In this document: in pieces, positions 13,526 through 24,747 of the stretch | Position numbering within the stretch: the stretch's first letter is position 1 | Layout: the number at the start of each line of letters is the position of its first letter | Assembly: GCF_004010195.1 (NCBI RefSeq) | Contig: NC_057750.1 | Location: 15,888,550-15,952,549 of the forward strand | Length of the DNA: 64,000 nucleotides | Reading direction: 5' to 3' | Source: Chiloscyllium plagiosum | Taxonomy: Eukaryota | Made by a program: the position numbers and the translations under genes | The notes under the pieces: generated by a model | Databases searched by the model: none | Seen by the model: only the letters and a program-made list of their open reading frames with translations | What the model was told of the DNA's origin: nothing

Positions 13526-14007
13526 ATGAGCCTGCTGACGGGGGCCGCGGCCGGGATGGCTTCGGGCTTCCTGGGCTTCTATTACATGTGGCGGCACCAC
13601 AAAAGCCGTCTGGTGCTGAAGGGCCTGGGGCCGGAAGGTACACTCCAGCCCTTCGCCCGGTCCCAGTCCACGACGCAGCCGCAGGCCAGGCCCCAGTCTC
13701 AGCCCCGCCCCCACGGTCCTTCAGAAGAGCATCACGAGATTCGGTGGCATCTGGACTCCATCCAAAGTTGCCTGGACGGTCTCAAGGCAGAGGTGTCGTC
13801 TCTCAAGGAGTGTATCCAGTTCATCGTGGAGAGGCAGACCAGCCTGAGGAAACCCAAGAGCTCCAGGAAGAAGAAGAGGAGATACGAATCTAAGCGAGAC
13901 AGTGACGACTCGACGGAGTCTGTCTCCATCTACTTCACAGCAAACGCGGGGAAAGCCTCAGACAGCGAGAGTGAGACGGGTTTAGTTAGAGTTCCTGCTC
14001 CCAAAGG
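13526..14007 (+). CDS. RMDN3: RMDN3/PTPIP51-like, coding exon A (signal anchor, coiled coil, FFAT-like motif)
   Basis: gccATG at 13526 in a CpG island. Encodes hydrophobic LLTGAAAGMASGFLGFYYMW plus basic RHHKSR, heptad LDSIQSCLDGLKAEVSSLKECI, and RDSDDSTESVSIYFTANAG...SESETG (cf. human RMDN3 RSDSTGSSSVYFTASSG...AESEGG). Donor GG|GTGAGT at 14008 is phase 2. The start codon and exact paralogue are less certain. Confidence 0.85.
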
Positions 14008-14672
14008 GTGAGTAACATTACCTGGTGCATCATATTGATTTTACTAGCTGTGTGACTTTGGGCTTTGATTTATATCGAAGTCCTCCTGCTGGCCGCCCTC
14101 AGTACCCCAGTTGGTGATTGGCTCAAGGGATATAAAATCAGCAGTGGAAAGATGAGATGGCTGTTCCTTGAGCTTATATTGAGCTTCATTGGAGTAGTGC
14201 AGTAGTCCCGAGATCAGAGCGGAAACAGTGTAGAATCAAAATGGTAGGCAAAAGGTTACTCTTGCAGATTGAATAAAAGTTTACTCTGCAAAACAGTTAA
14301 GCAGTCCACGTTTGACCTTCTCTAATTCTAACAAGCCTTTAAGGTGTGAAGCAAATACAATGTGCTAAATTGGAAAGAGGACAAGTAAATTGTTGCACAG
14401 AGGAGGTATACTTGGGGACTTGGATTGTGGAAAGGATAAAGGAAAAGTGTTTCAGAAGTTGGTCTGTTGCAGGTGACTGAGAAATAAACCAGAGTATCAC
14501 AGAAGAAGCGGACTTAGTAGTGCTGGGAAGGTGATGGAGTCTTGTTTAGTGGCATTACACTTGACATAGTGATGAATGATGTGTTAAACAGAGACTGGTG
14601 GGATGGAAGGTTAGGAGAAAGGGAATCTTTTCTGTGGTTCTGGGAGGGAGGGTGGGAAAGAAGTGAGAGCAG

Positions 14673-14815
14673 GTAAAAACAATGATTGCAGATGCTGGAA
14701 ACCAGATTCTGGATCAGTGGTGCTGGAAGAGCACAGCAATTCGGGCAGAATCCGACGAGCTGCATGTCGGATGCTGCCTGAATTGCTGTGCTCTTCCAGC
14801 ACCACTGATCCAGAA
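14673..14815. mobile_element. Fold-back mini-element from a Penelope terminus
   Basis: 50-bp arms at 14707-14756 and 14766-14815; 17-bp direct repeat gaaagaagtgagagcag at 14656-14672 and 14813-14829. Confidence 0.8.
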
Positions 14816-15159
14816 AGAAGTGAGAGCAGATGAGGGCAAAATAGAATTGGTTGATTGTTTTTAGAAATAGATGGAAAGAGTGGGACAAGTTGGCGTTAAG
14901 ATATGCAAAACTACATATTTGAATTTTCTGATGTCCTAGCTCATAAGGGGAATAGTAGTAGCATTTTGACCCCTTAAGCCTGCTCCCCCATTGAACAGAA
15001 ACATGGCTGATCTGACTTCTTCACATTCACTTTCCTGTGTTTTCCTTGTAATCCTTAATTCCCCTGTTGATCAAGAGTCTTAAGTATATACAAGCACTCT
15101 GTTCCCCATAGCTCTCTGTGGCAAGTTCAACCTTGTGGCAAGACTCTTAACCTTTTTTT

Positions 15160-15470
15160 TTAAGATTACATTACAGTGTAGAAACAGGCCCTTCGGCCCA
15201 ACAAGTCCACACCGACCCGCTGAAGCGAAACCCACCCATACCCCTACATTTACCCCTTACCTAACACTACGGGCAATTTAGCATGGCCAATTCACCTGAC
15301 CCTGCACATCTTTGGACTGTGGGAGGAAACCGGAGCACCCGGAGGAAACCCACGCAGACACAGGGAGAACGTGCAAACTCCACACAGTCAGTCGCCTGAG
15401 GTGGGAATTGAACCCGGGTCTCAGGCGCTGTGAGGCAGCAGTGCTAACCACTGTGCCACCGTGCCGCCCA
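15160..15470 (-). mobile_element. tRNA-derived SINE (HE1-like), young copy inside a CR1
   Basis: A-box tggcacagtggttagc, B-box ggttcaattcc, CR1-type 3' tail, CpGs retained; highly similar to 22650-22970. Confidence 0.85.
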
Positions 15471-16894
15471 CCGTAACCTTCTGGCAGAAGAAAATCCTCC
15501 TCATCTCAGTCATAAATTGGGGCCTCATTATTCTTAGACTGTGTCCTCTGGTCCTAGACTCTCCTATGAGGGAAAACATTATCTCAGCAATTACCCCATC
15601 AGGCCCCTTGAGAAAGTGAGGATTGCAGATGCCGGAGATCAGAGTCGAGAGTGTGGTGCTGGAGAAGCACAGTAGGTCAGGCAACGATGTTTTGGGAATA
15701 AGCCCTCCATTAGAAATGAGGCTTGTGGGTGGGTGGAGTTGAGATATTAATGGGAGGGCGTGGGACTGGAGGGTGCTGGGTATGTGATAAGTAAATGAAG
15801 GTGTGGGTGGAAGTGATAGGTCGGAGGGGAGGGTGGAGTAGGTGGGAAGGAAGGAAGATGGACAGGTAGGACCGGTCAAGGGGGTGGTGCCAAGTTGGAG
15901 GCTTGAGACTGGGATAAGGAGGGGAGGGGAAAATTAGGAAACTGGTGAAATCCACGTTGGTCCCATGTGGTTGCAGGGCCCCATGGCAGAAGATGAGGTG
16001 TTCTACCTCCAGGTGTTGGGTGGTTAGGGTTTGGTGAGGCCTGTGACCTGCATGTCCTTGGTGGAGTGGGAGAGGCAGTTAAAACGTTCAGCAACGGGGT
16101 GGTGGGGTTAGTTGGTGCAGGTGTCTCAGAAATGTTTTCTGAAATGATCCCCAAGTTGGCGTCCTGTCTCCCCAATGTAGAGGATACCTTATCGGGTGCA
16201 ACGGATTCAGTAGATAAAGTGTGTGGAAGTACAGGTAAATTTCTGCCAGATGTGGAAAGATCCTTTGGGGCCTTGGATGGAGGTGAGGGGGGAAGTGTGG
16301 ATGCAGGTTTTGCGCCCTGCATTGGCAGGGGAAGGTGCTGGAGGTGGGGGTGAGCTGGTGGGGGGTGTGGATCTGATGAAGGAGTCATGGAGGGAATGAT
16401 CTCTCTGGAATGCAGATAGAGGTGGGGAGGGAAATCCCTAGTGGTGGGATCTGTTTGCAGGTGGCAGAAGTGGCCGAGAATGTAGCAATGTATGCAGAGG
16501 TTGATGGGGTGGAAGGTGAGTACCAGGGAGTTCAGTCCCTGTTGCGATTCGAGGGGTGGGGTTCAAGGACGGACAAGTGGCAAGTGGAGGAGATGCACTG
16601 GAGGGCATCGTCGACCACATGGGAGGGGAAATTGTGGTCTTTGAAGCAGGAGGCCATTATGGATGTTCTATGGTGGAAGTGGTCCTCCTGGGAGCAAATA
16701 TGGTGGAGGGGGAGGAATTGGGAATAAGGGATGGTGTTTTTACAGGAGATTGGGTTGGAGGAGGTGTAGTCCAGGTAGCTGTGGGAGTCGGTGGGTTTGG
16801 AGTAAAAGTCACTGTTTGGTCAATCACTGGAGTTCGAGATGGAGAGGTCCAGGAAGGGGAGGGAGGTGTCCGAGATGGTTCAGGTGAATTTCAG

Positions 16895-17917
16895 AGCTGA
16901 AACTGTGTTGCTGGAAAAGCACAGCAGGTCAGGCAGCATCCAAGGAGCAGGAGAATCGACCTTTCGGGCATGAACCCTTCTTCAGGAATGAGGAAAGTGT
17001 GCCAAGCAGGCTAAGATAAAAGGGACTTGGGGGAGGGGCGTTGGAAATGCGATAGGTGGAAGGAGGTTAAGGTGAGGGTGACAGGCAGAAGTGGGGGTGN
17101 NNNNNNNNNNNNNNNNNNNNNNNNNNNNNNNNNNNNNNNNNNNNNNNNNNNNNNNNNNNNNNNNNNNNNNNNNNNNNNNNNNNNNNNNNNNNNNNNNNNN
17201 NNNNNNNNNNNNNNNNNNNNNNNNNNNNNNNNNNNNNNNNNNNNNNNNNNNNNNNNNNNNNNNNNNNNNNNNNNNNNNNNNNNNNNNNNNNNNNNNNNNN
17301 NNNNNNNNNNNNNNNNNNNNNNNNNNNNNNNNNNNNNNNNNNNNNNNNNNNNNNNNNNNNNNNNNNNNNNNNNNNNNNNNNNNNNNNNNNNNNNNNNNNN
17401 NNNNNNNNNNNNNNNNNNNNNNNNNNNNNNNNNNNNNNNNNNNNNNNNNNNNNNNNNNNNNNNNNNNNNNNNNNNNNNNNNNNNNNNNNNNNNNNNNNNN
17501 NNNNNNNNNNNNNNNNNNNNNNNNNNNNNNNNNNNNNNNNNNNNNNNNNNNNNNNNNNNNNNNNNNNNNNNNNNNNNNNNNNNNNNTCGAACTCAGCACC
17601 ACCTTCCTAACCTGCAATCTTCTTCCTGAACTCTCCGCCTCCGCCCCCACCCCCACCCCCACTCCGGCCTGTCACCCTCACCTTATCACTCTCATCTTAA
17701 CTTCCTTCCACTTATTGCATTTCCAACGCCCCTCTCCCAAGTTCCTCCTTCCTACCTTTCATCTTAGCCTGCTTGGCACACTTTCCTCATTCCTGAAGAA
17801 GGGCTCATGCCCGAAACATCGATTCTCCTGCTCCTTGGATGCTGCCTGACCTGCTGCGCTTTTCCAGCAACACATTTTCAGCTCTGATCTCCAGCATCTG
17901 CAGTCCTCACTTTCTCC
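16895..17917. mobile_element. Younger family-B Penelope fold-back copy nested in the older one (spans gap)
   Basis: 14-bp TSD caggtgaatttcag at 16881-16894 and 17918-17931. About 200-bp inverted arms, each with a hammerhead core (about 16955-16990 minus, 17788-17824 plus). Confidence 0.8.
17100..17586. other. Assembly gap
   Basis: Run of N. Confidence 1.
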
Positions 17918-19037
17918 CAGGTGAATTTCAGGTCAGGATGGAAGGTGTTTGTGAGGTTGGTGAACTGTTCATCAGCTCCACAAGCACCTTCTACCCTGAC
18001 CTCAAATTCACCTGGGCCATCTCGGACACATCCTCTCCCCCCCGACTTTATCCGAGTCCCAAGCCTCCAACTCTGCACCGCATCCTTGACCGGTCCTACC
18101 TGTCCATCTTTCTTTCTTCCTTCCCACCCATCCGCTCCATCCTACCCCCCAACCTATCCCTTCCACCCGCACTTTCATCTACCATCACATTCCCAGCTAC
18201 CTTCCCCCAGCATCACCCCCTCCCCTGAAACGTCGATTCTCCTGCACCTCGGATGCTGCCTGACCTCCTGTGCTTTTCCAGCACTACATTCAAGCCGCTT
18301 AAGAATCTTGTAACTTGTGCAAATCTTCTCCAAAAATCACAATCTTGTATGCTTCAATCAGACTACGCTCATTCTTCTAAACTCCGGTGAATTCAACTGG
18401 CAAACTGTTTAGCCTTTGATCATAAAACATTCCCACTATACCAGGGATTGTCCTTGTGAACCTTCTCTGAACTGCCTCCAATTAAATGATATCTTTCTTT
18501 ATATATAGGGGCCAAAACTGCTTAAATATGCCAGACGTAGTCTCACTAGCACCTTGTACAGTTGCAGTAAGACTTTGGAACTCATACTCTTGAAATATAT
18601 GCCAACATTACATCAGCTTTCCTGGTTACCTCCTGCATGTGTACTAACTTTGTGTTTCATGTACAAGTACCCTTAAGGCCCTTTTGTGTTGCAAATTTCT
18701 GCAGGTACTCTCTATTTAAATATCTTGTTCTTTTGTTCTCCCTTCCAAAAAGAACTTCACATTTTCTCACATTATACTCCATTTGCCAACTTTTTGCTGA
18801 CTACTTAACATATCAATATAGCTCTCTGTAAACTGCTTGAATCCCTCTCACAACCTGCCTTTCCATTTGTTTTATGTCATAGTGTGTAGTTGCCTCGGCC
18901 TCAAGCTCTCACTTGACCTATTTATATCTCTGTAAACTATACTCCTCTTTCAACTTATCTTTAGCAAATTGGCTACAGTACATTTGCTTCCTTCTTCCAA
19001 TTCATTAATATATATTGTAAACAGTTGTGATCCCAGC

Positions 19038-19126
19038 TTCATCTGGAGGCTCACTGATGATGTTACGTAGTATAATGACAAAATGTCTGAAAACGAACCT
19101 TCCAGCTCAGCGAGCAAACTTACATC
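19038..19126 (+). mobile_element. About 90-bp Penelope family-A terminal fragment (decayed hammerhead)
   Basis: 16-bp TSD cagttgtgatcccagc at 19022-19037 and 19127-19142. Confidence 0.8.
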
Positions 19127-19464
19127 CAGTTGTGATCCCAGCATGGATTCCCTGTGCAGCACCATTGGTTACATGTTGACAACTCGGAAAAGAATACCTT
19201 ATCCCCACTGGCTGTTTCCTGCTATGAGCCAGTTATCTATCTGACACTTTGATATTTTTCAGTTGCATGGGCAAAACTGCTTCCTTTTCACTATGGGCAT
19301 CCATTTTCACTTTTCTTCAACTTGCTGCCTATAGCTGGTAGCTATTGAGAATCCTGTCATTCTCACCTTCTCTTGATGCATCTTCTTTTCTTTGCTGACT
19401 TATTACCACTCTCTTCAGCCTTGAGCAATGTCATTTAATCCCTCCTGCCCTACTCCTACACCTA

Positions 19465-20520
19465 CATAGAGTCATAGAGATGTTCAGGACAGAAACAGAG
19501 CCTTCGGCCCACTCGTCCATGCTGACCAGATATCCCAATCCAATCTGGTTCACCTGCCAGCGCCTGGCCCATATCCCTCCAAACCCTTCCTATTCATATA
19601 ACTATCCAGATGCCTTTTAAATGTTGCATTTGTACTAGCCTCCATGACTTCTCTGGCAGCTCATTCCATTCACGTACTAGCCTTTGAGTGAAAAAGTTGC
19701 CCCTTAGGTCTCTTTTATATCTTTCCCCACTCGCCCTAAACCTGTGCCATCTATTTCTGGACTCGCCCACCCCAGGGAAAAGCCTTTGTCTATTTATCCT
19801 ATCCATGCTCCTCATGATTTTATAAACCTCTATAAGGTCACCTCTCAGCCTCCGATGCTTGAGGGAAAACAGCCCCAGCCTATTCAACCTCTCCCTATAG
19901 CTCAAATCCTCCAACCCTGGCAACATCCTTGTAAATCTTTTCTGAACCTTTTCAAGTTGCACAACATCTTTCTGATAGGAAGGAGACCAAAATTGCACGC
20001 AATATTCCAATGGTGGCCTAACCAATGTCCTGTACAGCCGGAACATGACCTCCCAACTCCTGTACTCAATACTCTGACCAATAAAGGAAAGCATACCAAA
20101 TGCCTTCTTCACTATCCTATCTACCTGCGACTCCCTTTCAAGGAGCTATGAACTGAACGTGCACTCCAAGGTCTCTTTGTTTAGCAACACTCACTAGGAC
20201 CTTACCATTAAGTGTATATGTCCTGCTAAGATTTGCTTTCCCAAAATGCAGCACCTCACATTTATCTGGCAACATCCTTGTAAATCTTTTCTGGACCCTT
20301 TCAAGTTTCACAACATCTTTCCGATAGGAAGACCAGAATTGCATGCAACATTCCAACAGTGGCCTAACCAATATCTACATAGAACATAGAACATTACAGC
20401 ACAGTACAGGCCCTTCGGCCCTCGATTTTGCGCCGACCTGTCATACCAATCTGAAGCCCACCTAACCTACGCTATTCCATGTATGTCCATATGCTTGTCC
20501 AATGACGACTTAAATGTCTT
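19465..20520 (-). mobile_element. CR1 LINE 3' fragments with internal duplication
   Basis: 172-aa RT C-terminal ORF; about 20266-20372 duplicates about 19918-20026; separate CR1 tail at about 20378-20520. Confidence 0.85.
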
Positions 20521-21119
20521 CTCTATTTGTTCTTTTCTTGCCCTGTACCTGCCAGCCGATTGAAACTATTTGAGGATATTTTTAATTTCTCCTTGAGGGG
20601 GCACTCGTTCATGTAGGAAGACAGACAAGTGAGTCCACAGATGGGTTTGTCGTCAATGGCAATTGATGCCTGTTGAGGAACCCAGCATTGGGAGGGTTAA
20701 TTATCTCTATTCTTTTCTCCAGGTTTCTTCTTCCTTGGTCTTGCTGGTGACTCCATTGCATCATTGCTTACCTTTCTCCAATGATCCAAAGCTGATACAT
20801 TGAGTGAGGGCCCAAGTTTGTTACTGGCCAGCGACCAGTATTCATGATCTACTTCCAGCTGGGCCAACTTTTGGTGGGATTTTTTTCCCAACTGGGAGAC
20901 GCCCAAGAATCAAATGTTTCCCATGGCAATGTTCCTACTGCCAAGTAGGGGTTTAATTCCCTTCAACTTCTTTGCACTTGGTTTGGAGGGAGTGCCACTA
21001 GTTTTGGTGGTGGTTGCCCCATTGCCCTCATTTAATTCCACCTATTAATTCTAATTAACTCTTCACAGACAGTGCTAAGCATTTTCTTGATCTCTTTGAG
21101 ATCCATAAACTGATACTTT

Positions 21120-21290
21120 GTTTATGTATGTTTGTATAAATACATATGTATATGTCAGTGTATGTATATTTTTCAGCATACATATTTGTGCATTTAGATA
21201 ATAAATAGGAAATGGAATATATATTCCGCACTTATCTATATATAAACGTGTGTGTGTGTCTGTGTGTGTGAGTGAATATGTGTATATATG
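21120..21290. repeat. Degenerate (TA)/(TG) microsatellite region
   Basis: tatgtatg..., gtgtgtgtgtgt arrays. Confidence 0.7.
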
Positions 21291-21309
21291 TCAAATGTTT
21301 CAACTAAAC

Positions 21310-23178
21310 CATAGAGTCATAGATATATACAGCACGGGAACAGACCCTTCGGTCCAACTTGTCCATGCCGACCAGATATCCCAACCCAACCTAGTCCCAC
21401 CTGCTGGCATCTGGGCCTATCCCTCCTATTCATATACCCATTCAGATGCCTTTTAAATGTTGTAATTGTACCAGCCTCCACCGCCTCCTCTGGCAGCTCA
21501 TTCCAAACACGTACCACCCTCTGTGTGAAAATGTTGCCCCTTAAGTCTGTTTTATATCTTTCCCCTCTCACCCTAAACTTATGCCCTCTAGTTCTGGACT
21601 CCCACACCCCAGGGAAAAGACCTTGTCTATTTACCCTCTCCATGTCCCTCATGATTTTATAAACCTCTATAAGGTCACCCCTCAGCCTCTGCTGCTCCAG
21701 GGAAAACAGCCCCAGCCTGTTCAGCCTCTCCCAATAGCTCAAATCCTCCAACCCTGGCAACATCCTTGTAAATCTTTTCTGAACCCTTTCAAGTTTCACA
21801 ACACCTTTCCGATAGGAAGGAGACCAAAATTGCCCGCAGTATTCCAACAGTGGCTGAACTAATGTCCTGTACAGCCGAAACTTGACCTCCCAACTCCTAT
21901 ACTCAGTACTCTGACCAATAAAGAAAAGCATACCAAATGCCTTCTTCACTATCCTGTCTACCTGCGACTCCACTTTCAAGGAGCTATGAACCTGCACTCC
22001 AAGATCCCTTTGTTCAGCAACACACCCGAGGACCTTACCATTAAGTGTATAAGTCCTGCTAAGATTTGCTTTCCCAAAATGCAGCGCCTCGCATTTATCT
22101 AAATTAAACTCGATCTGCCACTCCTCAGCCCACTGGCCCATCTAATCAAGATCCTGTTGTAATCTGAGGTAACCTTCTTCGCTGTCCACTACACCTCCAA
22201 TTTTGGTGTCATCTGCAAACGTACTAACTGTACCTCTTATGGTCACATCCAAATCATTTATATAAGTGATGAAAAGTAGTGGACCCAGCACCGATCCTTG
22301 TGGTACTCCACTGGTTACACGCCTCCAGTCTTAAAAAAAAAACAACCCTCCACCACCACCCCCTGTCTTCTACCTTTGAACCAATTCATCCAAATGGCTA
22401 GTTCATGAGATCTAACCTTGCTAACCAGTCTCCCATGGGATCCTTGTCAAATGTCTTACTGAAGTCCATATAGATCACATCCACCATTCTGCCTTCATCA
22501 ATCCCCTTTGTTATGTGTTTAAAAACTCAATCAAGTTTGTGAGACATGATTTCCTTCGCACAAAGCCATGTTGACTATCTCTAATCAGCCCTTGCCTTTC
22601 CAAATACATGTACATCCTGTCCCTCAGGATTCCCTCCAACAACTCCAAGTGGGCGGCACGGTGGCACAGTGGTTAGCACTGCTGCCTCGCAGCGCCAGAG
22701 ACTCTGGTTCAATTCCCGACTCAGGCGACTGATTGTGTGGAGTTTGCACGTTCTCCCCGTGTCTGCGTGGGTTTCCTCCAGGTGCTCCGGTTTCCTCCCA
22801 CAGTCCAAAGATGTGCAGGTTAGGTGAATTGGCCATACTAAAAAATTGCCCGTAGTGTTAGGTAAGGGGTAAATGTAAGGGTATGGGTGGGTTTCGCTTC
22901 GGCGGGTCGGTGTGGACTTGTTGGGCCGAAGGGCCTGTTTCCACACTGTAATGTAATCTAATCTAAAAAACTTGCCCACCACCGACGTCAGGATCACTGG
23001 TCTACAGTTCCCTGACTTGTGCATACCACCTTTCTTAAATAGTGGCACCACGTTAGCCAACCTCCAGTCTTCTGGCACCTCACCTGTGACTATTGATGAT
23101 ACAAATATCTCAATAAGAGGCCCAGCAATCATTTATTTAGCTTCCCACAGAGTTCTAGGGTACACCTGATCAGGTCCT
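21310..23178 (-). mobile_element. CR1 LINE, 5'-truncated, relatively young
   Basis: 274-aa ORF2 C-terminus plus EVPEDWRLANVVPLFKKG; interrupted by a SINE. Confidence 0.92.
22650..22970 (+). mobile_element. tRNA-derived SINE (HE1-like)
   Basis: gggcggcacggtggcacagtggttagc...ggttcaattccc head and (aatct)n tail shared with CR1. Confidence 0.88.
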
Positions 23179-23349
23179 GTTATAAGAAAAAATCTTTTTG
23201 CAGAATTCAAGCTATTTTGAAAATCCAACCTGTGCCATAAATTTTATTGTGACATTTAAATAAATGGAAATGTGGAAGTTCTGGACATAAAATGGCAGAG
23301 ATGCAGATTCCTGTTAATCTCAAAAACACGAAAGAATTGTGGGTGTCAG

Positions 23350-24292
23350 AAATCAGAAACAAAAACAGAAATTGCTGGAAAAACTCTACAAGTCTTGCAG
23401 AGAGTCTTGCATGTTTTGGAGCCCATGACCCTCCTTCAGAACTGTTTGTAGCTCGGAAAAAACTGTTGTGTGTGCTGAAGATGGGGTGTGGGGAGGGGGA
23501 GGAGCAAACAATATGTGGAGATGGAGCCCAGAGAACCAGCACAACAATTGGGCGGAAAAAGGAGTGAGTAAAGGTCAGCCTGGGAGAATCAATAGCTGTT
23601 AATGGGAACCATCAGTAGCTGACATGGCTGTTAACACAATCAACCACAATGATGATCCTCAATGATTAGGCACTGCTGCATCTCAGCGCCAAGGACCTGG
23701 GTTTGATTCCAGCCTGTGTGTGGAGTGACTGTCTGTGTGGAGTTTGCACATTCTCCTCGTTTCCTCTGGGTGCTCCGGTTTCCTCCCACAGTCCAAAGAT
23801 GTGCAGATTAGATGAGTTGGCTGTGTTAAATTGCCCATAGTGTTTAGGGATGTGTAGGTTAGGTGCATTAGTCAGGGGTAAATATAGGATGGGGAAAGGG
23901 TCTGTGTGGATTATTCTTCAGAGGGTCGGTGTGGACTTGTTGGGCCATAGGGCCTGTTTTTACACTATAGGGATTCTATGACAAGGCCTGGTGTGTGGAG
24001 GTTGGGATAAAGACATGGGAGAAGGTGCTCAGGATGTAAAATCTATTGAACTTAGTATTGAAGGCTGCAGGGTCCCCAATTGGAAAATGAAGTGCTGAGC
24101 TTTGCTGGAGCATTGCAGCAAGCCTGAGACAGACATGGTAGCCAGGGAACATGGTGGTGTGTTGAGGTGGCAGCTAACAGGAAGCACAGGATCATCATTT
24201 CCGAAGAAAGGTCTCCGGATCCAAAACTTTAACTCTGCTTTTACAGATGCTGCCAGACCTGCTGAGTTTTCCAACAATTTCAGTTTTTGTTT
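23350..24292. mobile_element. Old Penelope-derived element with inverted ends and nested SINE (about 23660-23980, +)
   Basis: Inverted termini (aaaaacagaaattgctggaaaaactc / gagttttccaacaatttcagtttttg); decayed hammerhead cores at about 23410-23442 (minus) and 24197-24235 (+). Confidence 0.6.
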
Positions 24293-24512
24293 CCTCTTAA
24301 ACTAAATGAACTCCAAGCCCTACTTATGGTCCCACCTGATGGCCAGACTGATCAAATGCTTATTTTTTTGTTCAGTTTAGTTACAGTGGTAGAGAAATAT
24401 ACACAAGACTTCAGATTTTTTTTAAATAAATGAGAGGTTTATTACACTAAAGATATATTTTTTAAAAGTAAAGAAGGGAGGAAGATCTCTATGAACACAG
24501 CAAAATTGAGTT

Positions 24513-24747
24513 TCAGAGCTGAAAACTGTGTTGCTGGAAAAGCGCAGCAGGTCAGGCAGCATCCAAAGAGCAGGAGAATCGACGTTTTGGGCATAAGCCC
24601 TTCTTCAGGAATTCTTGATTCCTGAAGAAGGGCTTATGCCTGAAACATCGATTCTCCTGCTTCTTGGATGCTGCCTGACCTGCTGCGCTTTTCCAGCAAC
24701 ACAGTTTTCAGCTCTGATCTCCAGTATCTGCAGTCCTCACTTTCTCC
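24513..24747. mobile_element. Fold-back mini-element with back-to-back hammerhead cores
   Basis: About 100-bp inverted arms; 15-bp TSD caaaattgagtttca at 24501-24515 and 24748-24762. Confidence 0.85.

Larger units (their letters stand above)
13230..14010. promoter_or_regulatory. CpG island / promoter region
   Basis: The only extended GC- and CpG-rich non-repeat stretch in an otherwise CpG-depleted window. Overlaps the first coding exon. Confidence 0.85.
15610..18290 (-). mobile_element. Penelope-like element (family B) with inverted terminal copy
   Basis: Minus strand encodes GIY-YIG LYIGETGRQLGDHFRKH and FTNLTNTFHPDLKFTW. About 17970-18290 repeats terminal sequence in opposite orientation. 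Imperfect 16-bp flanking duplication (tcaggccccttgagaa / tcaagccgcttaagaa). Confidence 0.8.
14945..19230 (-). mobile_element. CR1 LINE split by nested SINE and Penelope insertions
   Basis: 3' end and ESRTRGHSL..FFCQK at 14945-15610; resumes at about 18340 with RT motifs (QLFTIYINELEEG). Confidence 0.7.

Noticed and set aside
13408..13929. Overlapping ORFs (161 aa + strand; 72 and 65 aa minus strand) across exon A
   Set aside because: GC-rich shadow frames of the real exon, with no recognisable motifs.
16982..17849. 200-252 aa ORFs
   Set aside because: Artefacts of translating through the N gap.
20530..21110. Protein-like minus-strand ORF remnant (MGVSQLGKK...)
   Set aside because: No recognisable family and interrupted frames; probably an unclassified repeat. 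A BLAST search would be needed.
21317..22141. 274-aa ORF (also 19594-20112, 40702-41289, 63376-63933) as host genes or active LINEs
   Set aside because: Truncated CR1 ORF2 pieces; no intact element is present in the window.
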